A stretch of 40,503 nt of DNA from Candidatus Bipolaricaulota bacterium (GCA_026414955.1 JAOAIA010000002.1:1-40503); one strand, 5' to 3'; positions 24,973 through 32,860 are shown, counted from the stretch's first letter. The notes: a model not told the origin generated them from the letters alone. A program made the numbers and translations.

Positions 24973-25905
24973 TTACGGACAGGGCACGCCTTGGTCGTCG
25001 ATCGAGTAATCAAGATTAAACTGATATGGACCGATCTTGCCGTCGCCAAAGCTTGCTAAGAGTACACGTTGATCAACAGTCACGGTGATGCCTCCGGCGG
25101 GCGTAGGAGCCCCCTGGCCGACTACGACGCTTGAGCCGCCAGGTTGCCAATTGCCTAGATAATCTCTGATCTGCAGAGCATTAGCAGTGGGATCATCGGC
25201 GCCAGGGGGATAGCTATAAGCATTGACCTTGGCGCAGACGCGCCAGTTGCGCGTCGCGACGACTTGGAGCGTTGTCTGGCCGATGAACGGCACGATGCCG
25301 TTCTCAACTTGGGAAGCGCTCGTGACGTTGGCCGAGAGCGCTGTACCAGAGATCACCGAGACAGTCATCACGTCTTGGTATTCGATGGTGATGCGCACGG
25401 CGTCAACATACGCAGTGTTTGTAGAGCCGAGCTTGGACAAGCGCACCCCGAAGTTCGCACTATTGATATCAGCAGCAGTCCATGAAGTCCCCCACAGATC
25501 TGTAGGGCCGCCTACAGTACGGAAAGCGCTTGTGCTGCAGCCGGTCTGCCCCGCGATGCCGTAGATATCTTGAGTATTGCCCACGGGAGACCCGCCCTTG
25601 AGCAAGCGCACGCGGACCCCTTCATTTGACGTGGTCGCGGCCATGTCGACTTCCACCGTGATGCCCTGGATGACGGCTGCATCGGGGATGGTGAAACCAA
25701 AGCCTGTCAGATCGAGAGAGCCGCCGCCAGCTCCAGTGCGTTCGGCACATGTGTTGTCTGGAGTTCCTATAGCAGCGCTGGCGTTAGACCACCCTGTGGC
25801 TGCATACGTGCTAGCATAGTTTGGCCCTTGGGAGACGGCTTGCACTAATAGACTCCCGAGTGTGACAGCTAGGACAAGAGTCCCTATAGCTCGGAAGAGG
25901 TTCAT
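24973..25905 (-). CDS. 310-aa secreted protein; its C-terminal half is distantly related to the three small paralogs (candidate tip/adaptor subunit)
   Basis: Signal peptide. NWRVCAKVN compares with TWGCNVDS in the paralogs. The C-terminal GPYQFNLDYSIDD compares with GVINYSVTDSTP. Confidence 0.7.
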   Translation of the reverse strand: MNLFRAIGTLVLAVTLGSLLVQAVSQGPNYASTYAATGWSNASAAIGTPDNTCAERTGAGGGSLDLTGFGFTIPDAAVIQGITVEVDMAATTSNEGVRVRLLKGGSPVGNTQDIYGIAGQTGCSTSAFRTVGGPTDLWGTSWTAADINSANFGVRLSKLGSTNTAYVDAVRITIEYQDVMTVSVISGTALSANVTSASQVENGIVPFIGQTTLQVVATRNWRVCAKVNAYSYPPGADDPTANALQIRDYLGNWQPGGSSVVVGQGAPTPAGGITVTVDQRVLLASFGDGKIGPYQFNLDYSIDDQGVPCP

Positions 25906-25914
25906 CGTTGTCTC

Positions 25915-26442
25915 CTACGGGGTTATGTCCGTCGTCGTGAAGAGAATGACGCCGATATAAAATCCTGGCAGTTTGCTGACATCCCAGGATCGAATATCTA
26001 AGAAGATCTCGCCCATAAAGTCTGCGCCATCTAAGCCTGCGGTGTTCTGTCCGGAGCCGCGACGATTCTGGGGATCGGGCTCCGACAGCGAAGTCCTATC
26101 GGTACACTCGCCGAAGTCATCGGCAAAATCACAGTCGGTGAGAAAGTCCTCTGGGCCAGCGTCGAAGATATTCGTATCTATAGTCACGATCGACGAATTG
26201 AGTCTATACGGCGTGAGCGCGTCGATATTGACGTGCCAGTCGCCGATCTTGAACGGCTGTGGCCCTTCGACCTCTTGCAAGGTGATCTCTGCCGTGATAG
26301 AAGGGATCACGGCGGCAATAAAGAGCGGCTGAGGGATGACGAGCGTCACGCGCACGTTCTGGCTCGTCTGGGCTAGGCTCCCCCAGCCGAGCAAGGCTAT
26401 CACTAGCGCCATAGCTCCAGCGGCCTTCGCCCTTTTCTTCAT
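25915..26442 (-). CDS. Small secreted protein, paralog 3 of 3 (2 Cys)
   Basis: Aligns along its length with the 26482 and 27072 products: QPFKIGDWHVNIDALT, DFLTDC...GEC, NTAGLDGADF and the C-terminal GVILFTTTDITP. Confidence 0.8.
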   Translation of the reverse strand: MKKRAKAAGAMALVIALLGWGSLAQTSQNVRVTLVIPQPLFIAAVIPSITAEITLQEVEGPQPFKIGDWHVNIDALTPYRLNSSIVTIDTNIFDAGPEDFLTDCDFADDFGECTDRTSLSEPDPQNRRGSGQNTAGLDGADFMGEIFLDIRSWDVSKLPGFYIGVILFTTTDITP

Positions 26443-26481
26443 AGAGCTCTCCCATCCCCAAATATAGCGAAAGGCCGCGAG

Positions 26482-27036
26482 CTAGGGAGTAGTATCCGTC
26501 ACTGTGTAGGTAATGATTCCGGTCACGTAGACCGGGAGCTGCGAAGACATGACGTCCCAGCCCCCAGGGCCAACCCCCATGTTCACGAAGACGTCCCCAG
26601 CAAAGTCTGCCCCGTTTGTCCCAGCGGTGTTGTAGCCTATGCCGCGCCGGGTGTTGGGGTCGACGTCCCCAAGGGTCAGAGACGAGTTGGGCGCGCACGC
26701 CCCATAGTCGTCAGCTGTATCGCAATCAGCGGTGAAGTCTGAGGTATCAGCGTTGACGACAAAGGGCGCAGAGAACGACGTGAACTGAGAGTTAAGTCTA
26801 TACTGCGTTACGGCATCGACATTACAGCCCCAGTCGCCGATATCAATGGGCTGTGGCGCTTCAATATCGCTCTGTAAGACGACGTAATAAATATCTCCAG
26901 GCTGATCCGGCGGCACACAGTCCAAGTAGAGCGACTGTCCAATCTCGATTGTGACGTTTTGTTGAGCGACAAGCCCCGCTGAGAGGGAGAGCCCCAATAC
27001 TCCACCAAGCACCGCGACGAGCAGCTTTCTGATCAT
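26482..27036 (-). CDS. Small secreted protein, paralog 2 of 3 (4 Cys)
   Basis: QSLYLDC, IGDWGCNVDAVT, FTADC..GAC, NTAGTNGADF and the C-terminal GIITYTVTDTTP. SD GGAGG lies upstream. Confidence 0.8.
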   Translation of the reverse strand: MIRKLLVAVLGGVLGLSLSAGLVAQQNVTIEIGQSLYLDCVPPDQPGDIYYVVLQSDIEAPQPIDIGDWGCNVDAVTQYRLNSQFTSFSAPFVVNADTSDFTADCDTADDYGACAPNSSLTLGDVDPNTRRGIGYNTAGTNGADFAGDVFVNMGVGPGGWDVMSSQLPVYVTGIITYTVTDTTP

Positions 27037-27071
27037 GATGCAGGCCTCCTTTGCAAAATTTTTGTCGTCTG

Positions 27072-27596
27072 CTATGGCGTTGAGTCCGTGACTGAGTAGT
27101 TAATCACTCCGCTGACGCTGCGGCTGGGCGGGATAGCTCGGACATCCCAGTCGCTTACGTTGAGTCGGACGTTTCCACTGAAGTCAGCGCCTGGGGTTCC
27201 GGCGGTGTTGCCACCGCTACCTAGGGTGATCGGCCCGAACGTACCCCCTGGGCCGCAGCTAGGGCTGCCACCACCGCTTGCTGACGTGCATGTTTCGGAG
27301 AAGTCGTCCGCGCTCGCGTTGACAATGTCAGCTGTAGATGTCATGGTCATATTCGCGCTGAGCTCAAAGTTCGTCAATGAATCGACGTTGCAGCCCCATG
27401 TCCCAATAGTGAACGGTTGAGTCCCTTCGATGTCAGCCTGGGTAACGGTGTAATTGATCGGTAGGGAAGCAGAGCAGTCCAGATAGAGGGACTGATTGAC
27501 GTTGATTGTGACGGTCTGCGATGTCTGGGAGAGACCTCCAACCCAACCTAGCGACAGGGCGAGCAAGAAGACTGTGACAGGCTTGATATAGCGCAT
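27072..27596 (-). CDS. Small secreted protein, paralog 1 of 3 (4 Cys); first gene after the consensus promoter
   Basis: QSLYLDC, IGTWGCNVDSLT, FSETC..PSC, NTAGTPGADF and the C-terminal GVINYSVTDSTP. SD AGGAGG lies 6 nt upstream of the ATG. Confidence 0.8.
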   Translation of the reverse strand: MRYIKPVTVFLLALSLGWVGGLSQTSQTVTINVNQSLYLDCSASLPINYTVTQADIEGTQPFTIGTWGCNVDSLTNFELSANMTMTSTADIVNASADDFSETCTSASGGGSPSCGPGGTFGPITLGSGGNTAGTPGADFSGNVRLNVSDWDVRAIPPSRSVSGVINYSVTDSTP

Positions 27597-27639
27597 GAGC
27601 TACCTCCTTCGGCCAATGTTTTTGTTGTTTCAGGTTAGG

Positions 27640-27668
27640 ATTATAACATAAAAGAGGGGGATTGTCAA
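27640..27668 (-). promoter_or_regulatory. Perfect consensus sigma70 promoter TTGACA-17-TATAAT for the surface operon
   Basis: On the plus strand, tgtcaa at 27663-27668 and attata at 27640-27645. It is followed by an A/C-rich ~37-nt leader and AGGAGG. Confidence 0.75.
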
Positions 27669-27755
27669 GGAGGGATAGCAGGGGGACATACAATGTAATG
27701 TATATCACTTATAGTTCTTATATTTTAGTCTAATGACACTCAATTCTGGGATCTT

Positions 27756-28178
27756 CTACCGGTACTCGATCTTGAAGTCCTCCCAGAAGTTCAGGGTATA
27801 GATTGGATTTCCAGAGCGCGGGTCGGTGCCGGTTCGGATGAGCTTCCCCTCAAAGACGAGATTGCGCCGAGCCAGGAAGCACTCGGGGCTCCCCCCTTGC
27901 TTGAGCGCCACGATCAATCGTACTGGCCTGGAGAAGTCTATACGCTGAGCCACCCCTTGGGGAATGACGAACTCCGCACGATCGCTGGACTCCACTATGG
28001 CATCGAAGTTCCCGATCGCCTCGTTCCCCTGGAAGGCCACGATGATCAACGTAGCCCTGCGACAGAGCATATCAATCTCTTCGATGCGAATCGTATGCCC
28101 GGGGATGACCTTGGGGCAACCCGTTAGGATCACGGCCAGGATCGGAATCAAAAACAAAACATAGCGTTTTGCACCCAT
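27756..28178 (-). CDS. Small lipoprotein of unknown function
   Basis: Lipobox LTGC after a hydrophobic signal (MGAKRYVLFLIPILAVILTGC). SD GGAGGAGG lies upstream. Confidence 0.7.
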   Translation of the reverse strand: MGAKRYVLFLIPILAVILTGCPKVIPGHTIRIEEIDMLCRRATLIIVAFQGNEAIGNFDAIVESSDRAEFVIPQGVAQRIDFSRPVRLIVALKQGGSPECFLARRNLVFEGKLIRTGTDPRSGNPIYTLNFWEDFKIEYR

Positions 28179-28213
28179 CGAACCTCCTCCTATGGCTTAT
28201 GGTACATTCACTG

Positions 28214-28242
28214 ATTATACTTATGCAGGCTAATCTTTTCAA
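28214..28242 (-). promoter_or_regulatory. Promoter TTGAAA-17-TATAAT for the lipoprotein gene
   Basis: On the plus strand, tttcaa at 28237-28242 and attata at 28214-28219. Confidence 0.6.
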
Positions 28243-28250
28243 ACAAGCAC

Positions 28251-30170
28251 CTATCTCGCCCGCGCGATCTCTTCGAGCGCCTGAGGGTTCTCTAAGTTCG
28301 ACAGATCCCCCGGCTCCTGCCCCAGCGCCACCGCGCGAATCGCTCGTCGGAGAATCTTCGCATTGCGCGTCTTGGGCAGCTCCCGCACAAATTTAATCTG
28401 CTCCGGCACAAACGACTTCCCCAGAGCTTCGATCACCCGCTCGCGTAGCTCCCTGCGCAAAGCGTCACTGGGTTCATAGCCGGGCTTCACAACAACGTAG
28501 CACCAAATCGCCTCACCCTTCAGCTCATGAGGCACCCCAATCGCCGCCGACTCCGCCACCGCCGGATGGCCCACTAAGAGAGACTCGATCTCCGCTGGCC
28601 CCAAGCGCTTCCCCGCGATCTTAATCGTATCGTCACTGCGCCCGTGCAAGTACCAAAGACCGTCTTCGACTTTAGACGCCCAGTCCCCATGCACCCAGAC
28701 GTTGGGCCAGCGCGCCCAGTAGGTCTGAAGGTATCTGTCGGGGTCTCTCCAGATGCCGCGCGTCATCCCCGGCCAAGGCTTCTTGCAAACTAACTCCCCC
28801 ACGCCCCCGCGCAACGGCTTGCCCTCGGCGTCGAAGACGTCTACGGCCATCCCCAACGCCGGCCCAACGAGCGCACAAGGCTTCAACGGCGTGATGGGCA
28901 AGGGCGACAAGAAACACGCCCCGACTTCTGTGCCCCCAGAGAGATTAATAATCGGACAGCGTTTGTCTCCGACATGCTCAAACAGCCACCACCACGGCGC
29001 GGGGTTCCACGGCTCCCCCGTCGAAGCCAAGATCCTCAAGCTGCTCAGATCGTGTCTTCTGACCGGGTCCTCTCCGAACTTCATCAAGGCGCGAATCAGC
29101 GTGGGCGAGACCCCTAAAATAGAGATTCTATGGCGCTCGACCATCGCCCAGAGCCGATCAGCGCTTGGGTAATCCGGCGCGCCCTCGTAGAGAAAGACCG
29201 TGCCCCCAAGAGCCAGCCCGCCCACGACCTCCCACGGCCCCATGATCCACCCCATATCGGTCACCCAGTAGAGGACATCTCGATCTTGCAGGTCTACTTG
29301 GTGGGCCACTTCTTGGGCGATCTTCACTAAAAATCCCCCGTGGACGTGCACCGCGCCCTTGGGGCGGCCCGTCGTCCCAGACGTATAGATAATCATGAAC
29401 GGGTCTTCGGAATCTAACCTCTCCCCCAGCCCCTCCCCGACTGGTAGGGGCAGGGGAACCCTGTCCCTACTTCCCCTTAGGAAAGGGGATCGAGGGGATA
29501 GGTCCATCACTTCTTTAACCGTGGGGCAGAGCTTGGCGGCTTCGCGAGCGATCTGTCCCATCTCGATGCGAGTGCCCTTGCGCGAGAAGCTCTCGGCAGT
29601 CAGCAAGAGCTTCGCTTCGCAATCGTTGAGCCGGGCAGCCACGGCCTGAGCGCCGAAGCCCGAAAAGATCGGGGTAAAGATCGCGCCAAGCTTGGCGCAG
29701 GCCATCATCGCGATCACCGTCTCGGGGGCCATCGGCATAAAGATTCCCACGCGGTCGCCCTTGGCGATGCCCAACTCTTTGAGAGTATGCGCCAAGCCAT
29801 TGGTCTGCTCATAGAGTTCTCGGTAGGTGACCCGACGGACGGAGCCGTCTTCCCCCTCCCAGATGAGCGCGAGCTTCTCCGGGCGGGTGTGAGCGTGCTT
29901 ATCTACGCAGTTATGCGCGATATTGATCTTGCCCCCAACGAACCACTTGGCCCACGCGATCCCCTCAGAGACGTCCAAGACTCGCTTATACGGCTCAAAG
30001 AACTCGATCTCTAAATCTTTGACGACGGCGTCCCAGAACCATTCGATCTCTTCTGTGGAGCGCCGCACCAGCTCTGTATAGTCTCTGATCTGGTGCTTCT
30101 GCATGAAGCGCCAGATGTTGCTGCGCTCAATATATTCTTTCGTTGGGGTCCAGGCGAATTTGTGCGTCAT
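28251..30170 (-). CDS. acs: AMP-forming acetyl/acyl-CoA synthetase carrying an in-frame composite repeat insertion
   Basis: IIYTSGTTGRPKG, the adenylation motifs, and the C-terminal LPKTRNAKILRR. Confidence 0.9.
   Translation of the reverse strand: MTHKFAWTPTKEYIERSNIWRFMQKHQIRDYTELVRRSTEEIEWFWDAVVKDLEIEFFEPYKRVLDVSEGIAWAKWFVGGKINIAHNCVDKHAHTRPEKLALIWEGEDGSVRRVTYRELYEQTNGLAHTLKELGIAKGDRVGIFMPMAPETVIAMMACAKLGAIFTPIFSGFGAQAVAARLNDCEAKLLLTAESFSRKGTRIEMGQIAREAAKLCPTVKEVMDLSPRSPFLRGSRDRVPLPLPVGEGLGERLDSEDPFMIIYTSGTTGRPKGAVHVHGGFLVKIAQEVAHQVDLQDRDVLYWVTDMGWIMGPWEVVGGLALGGTVFLYEGAPDYPSADRLWAMVERHRISILGVSPTLIRALMKFGEDPVRRHDLSSLRILASTGEPWNPAPWWWLFEHVGDKRCPIINLSGGTEVGACFLSPLPITPLKPCALVGPALGMAVDVFDAEGKPLRGGVGELVCKKPWPGMTRGIWRDPDRYLQTYWARWPNVWVHGDWASKVEDGLWYLHGRSDDTIKIAGKRLGPAEIESLLVGHPAVAESAAIGVPHELKGEAIWCYVVVKPGYEPSDALRRELRERVIEALGKSFVPEQIKFVRELPKTRNAKILRRAIRAVALGQEPGDLSNLENPQALEEIARAR
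29410..29500. repeat. Composite palindromic repeat (three hairpin modules, including GTAGGGGCAGGGGAACCCTGTCCCTAC) in frame within acs
   Basis: Encodes DLSPRSPFLRGSRDRVPLPLPVGEGLGERL just upstream of the AMP-binding motif. The central hairpin resembles the one at 30224-30251. Confidence 0.8.
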
Positions 30171-30193
30171 ACAGCTTACCTCCTTCTGATGAG

Positions 30194-30272
30194 GCCCTCA
30201 CCCGCCCTGGGGGCACCCCTCTCGTAGGGCAGGGTCCGAACCTGCCCCTACACGAGGGCCGGGGGTGAGGGC
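30194..30272. repeat. Nested palindrome (GCCCTCACCC...GTAGGGCAGG..CCTGCCCCTAC...GGGTGAGGGC) between glmS and acs; possible terminator or insulator
   Basis: The outer 10-bp arms (30194-30203 / 30263-30272) are perfect; the inner REP-like hairpin is imperfect. It starts 3 nt after the glmS stop. No U-tract follows. Confidence 0.75.
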
Positions 30273-30274
30273 GT

Positions 30275-32101
30275 TCACTCCACTGTCACGCTTTTCGCTA
30301 GATTTCTCGGCTGATCTATGTCGGTGCCGCGCAAGTCTGCTATGTGATAGGCAAAGAGCTGCAACGGCACGACGAACAATAACGGCGCCAGCCAGCGCGA
30401 GCTTGGGGGAATCTCTATAATAAAGTCCGAGACGCGCTCGATCTCTTTATTGATCTGATCCGTGACGGTGATGACGATGCCCCGGCGGGCTTTGACTTCC
30501 TCGATATTGGAAAAGACTTTCTCGTAGACGCTCTCTTTCGTCACGAGCACGACCGTGGGCATCTCGGCATCAATGAGCGCGATCGGGCCGTGCTTGAGTT
30601 CTCCCGCAGCGTAGCCCTCAGCATGAATATACGAGATCTCTTTGAGCTTGAGCGCCCCTTCGAGCGCGATGGGATAGAGCAAATCTCTGCCCAGAAAGAG
30701 AAAGTGCTCTTTCTCATAAAAAACCTGGGCGAGCCGCACGATCTCGCGCTCTTGTTGTAAGAGCTTCTCGATGAGCGCCGGCCCGCGCACTAAGCTCTCC
30801 AATGCTGGGCGGGTCTGCTCTGGGGCGAGCCAGCCCCGAGATTGGGCGATAAAGAATCCCAACAGATCGAGTGCGGCCAACTGCGCGAGCAACGCTTTTG
30901 TCGAAGCGACCCCAATCTCCGGGCCGGCATGGGTGTAGAGGGTCGCATCGGACTCGCGCGTCAGCGTCGCCCCGACCACGTTGACTATCGAGATGACGGA
31001 AGCCCCCCGTGCGCGCGCCTCCCGCACCGCTCCGAGAGTGTCTGCGGTCTCCCCAGACTGCGAGATCGCGATGACTAAAGTATTTTCGTCCAGGTAGGGC
31101 TTGCTGTAGCGAAACTCACTCGCCAGCTCGACGGCAAGGGGGACTCTAAAGAACTCGCGCCATAAGTACTTCGCTGTCAATGCGGCGTAGTACGCCGTCC
31201 CCATAGCTACGCAGTAGACCATCTGGGCTTTGTGAATCTTCTCAGTAAGTTTTTGAAGCTCAGGGAGCACGATCTTCCCCGTAGCGAGTTCGTAGCGATT
31301 CTGCAGGGTGTTGGCGAGGGCGTGGGGCTGCTCATGGATCTCCTTGAGCATGAAATGCTTATAGCCCTGCTTCTGCGCGGTGACCACGTCCCATTCGATT
31401 CGCTGGGGTGCTCGAGTGATACGCCGCCCCTCAAAGTCACAAAGCTCAACCCCGTCTCGGCGCAGAACTCCCAGCTCGCCGTCGTTGAGGAAAACCATCG
31501 TTTTGGTGAAGGCGAGCAGCGCCGGGATATCAGAGGCCGCGAAGGTTTCGTGCTCTCCCAACCCTAAGACGAGCGGGCTGCCCTGACGCGCGACTATCAC
31601 TTCGTCGGGCGAATCTGTCGCGACAACAGCGAGCGCGTAGGCGCCGCGCAGCGGGCGGAGCGCCTCCCGCACCGCCTCCAGAAGATTTGTGCCGTCATAA
31701 CGCTCTTCGATGAGATGGGCGATCACTTCCGAGTCGGTCTGCGACAGGAAGATATGCCCACGCGCTTGCAGTTCTTCTTTGAAGGGCAGATAGTTCTCGA
31801 TAATCCCGTTATGGATGACCGCGATCTTCTTCTGGCAATCGCAATGGGGGTGGGCGTTCTGATCTGTCGGAGGGCCGTGGGTAGCCCAGCGCGTATGCCC
31901 TAAGCCCACGGTGGCGCGTGAGGCTTTCAGAACCCGCATGAGATCGCTGACCTTACCAGCACGCTTCTCCAGATAGAGACTCTTGTTCTCGACGAGGGCG
32001 ATGCCAGCGGAATCGTATCCTCGATACTCTAATTTCTGTAACGCCGCAAGCAGCAGATCTTGGGCGGGGCGCTGCCCCACGTAGCCCACGATCCCACACA
32101 T
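30275..32101 (-). CDS. glmS: Glutamine--fructose-6-phosphate aminotransferase
   Basis: MCGIVGYVG N-terminus, SIS domains, and C-terminal ...AKSVTVE. SD AAGGAGG lies 7 nt upstream. Confidence 0.97.
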   Translation of the reverse strand: MCGIVGYVGQRPAQDLLLAALQKLEYRGYDSAGIALVENKSLYLEKRAGKVSDLMRVLKASRATVGLGHTRWATHGPPTDQNAHPHCDCQKKIAVIHNGIIENYLPFKEELQARGHIFLSQTDSEVIAHLIEERYDGTNLLEAVREALRPLRGAYALAVVATDSPDEVIVARQGSPLVLGLGEHETFAASDIPALLAFTKTMVFLNDGELGVLRRDGVELCDFEGRRITRAPQRIEWDVVTAQKQGYKHFMLKEIHEQPHALANTLQNRYELATGKIVLPELQKLTEKIHKAQMVYCVAMGTAYYAALTAKYLWREFFRVPLAVELASEFRYSKPYLDENTLVIAISQSGETADTLGAVREARARGASVISIVNVVGATLTRESDATLYTHAGPEIGVASTKALLAQLAALDLLGFFIAQSRGWLAPEQTRPALESLVRGPALIEKLLQQEREIVRLAQVFYEKEHFLFLGRDLLYPIALEGALKLKEISYIHAEGYAAGELKHGPIALIDAEMPTVVLVTKESVYEKVFSNIEEVKARRGIVITVTDQINKEIERVSDFIIEIPPSSRWLAPLLFVVPLQLFAYHIADLRGTDIDQPRNLAKSVTVE

Positions 32102-32120
32102 AAGCGCGCCTCCTTGATCC

Positions 32121-32190
32121 GGTGACTGAAGTCACCCTGAGCGCAGCGCAGGGTCTGATTCTTCGCTACGTTCAGATAGCTCAGGGTGAC
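32121..32190. repeat. Long hairpin GTCACCCTGAGC...GCTCAGGGTGAC plus an overlapping small hairpin GGTGAC tgaa GTCACC in the glmS 5' region
   Basis: 12-bp arms at 32131-32142 / 32179-32190. The small hairpin at 32121-32136 shares GTCACC (32131-32136). Confidence 0.75.
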
Positions 32191-32285
32191 CACCCGATGC
32201 CGCAGCAGCCGGTCAGTAGTATAATAATTTGGTGAGATCTTGACAAGCCCCAGGGGGCTTGCCCGTGAGTGTAATCTGTGCTATT

Positions 32286-32314
32286 TTGTCAGGTATGGGT
32301 GAGTCTGCTATAAT
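32286..32314 (+). promoter_or_regulatory. Promoter TTGTCA-17-TATAAT for the DUF151 nuclease-pgk pair
   Basis: TTGTCA at 32286-32291 and TATAAT at 32309-32314. Confidence 0.65.
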
Positions 32315-32350
32315 CAGCGTGTCGGAGAACTTTTGAGAGGAGGTTGTGCG

Positions 32351-32860
32351 ATGCGCGAAGTCGAAGTCAGAGCGCTGGTGATGGACCCCACGCAGAATAC
32401 GCCGGTGCTGTTGCTGCGCGATCCCCAGTCGAAGAAGGTCGTGCCAGTCTGGATCGGACAACCTGAGGCGACCTCTATCGCTATGGTCATGCAGCAGCGC
32501 GAGTTTCCTCGTCCCCTCGCCCACGATCTGGTCAAAGCCATTCTCAAAGCTTTTGGTGGCGATCTCGATATGATCGTCATTGACAGCATCCAAGATTCGA
32601 CATATTTTGCGACGCTCTACGTGCGCGACCATACGGGAAAGACGCACGAGATCGATGCGCGGCCCTCCGATTCGATAGCGATCGCGCTGCGCCTGGGCAG
32701 CCCCATCTACGTCTCCGAAGAGGTCTTTCAAGTGGCTGCCGTGGAGATGCCCGCCCCCGAAGACGAGGGCATGACCAAAGAAAACGAGGATCGCTTCAAG
32801 ACCTTTGTGGAGAGCGAGATGAAGCTCGCCGATTTTAAGCGATTCGTCTCGGATTTCTAG
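32351..32860 (+). CDS. Bifunctional nuclease family (DUF151/BFN) protein
   Basis: PVLLLRD....VPVWIGQPEATSIA and DARPSDSIAIALR. Start trimmed to the ATG at 32351, 7 nt after GGAGG. Confidence 0.85.
   Translation: MREVEVRALVMDPTQNTPVLLLRDPQSKKVVPVWIGQPEATSIAMVMQQREFPRPLAHDLVKAILKAFGGDLDMIVIDSIQDSTYFATLYVRDHTGKTHEIDARPSDSIAIALRLGSPIYVSEEVFQVAAVEMPAPEDEGMTKENEDRFKTFVESEMKLADFKRFVSDF

Noticed and set aside
25915-27596. Small paralogs as type IV pilins or sortase-dependent pilins
   Set aside because: They have ordinary Sec-type signal peptides, with no G/FTLIE prepilin motif. There is no LPXTG-like C-terminal sorting signal, and no pilin-processing or sortase gene in the locus.
2685-30272. Whether the many GC-rich palindromes could be a CRISPR array
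   Set aside because: The copies are scattered over 28 kb. They belong to different families, are not regularly spaced with unique spacers, often lie inside genes, and no cas genes are present.
32102-32332. Possible glmS ribozyme upstream of glmS
   Set aside because: The minus-strand leader has none of the conserved core segments I recall (AGCGCCAGAACU, GACGAGG, CGGCGGAUG). It consists of a repeat-type hairpin instead.
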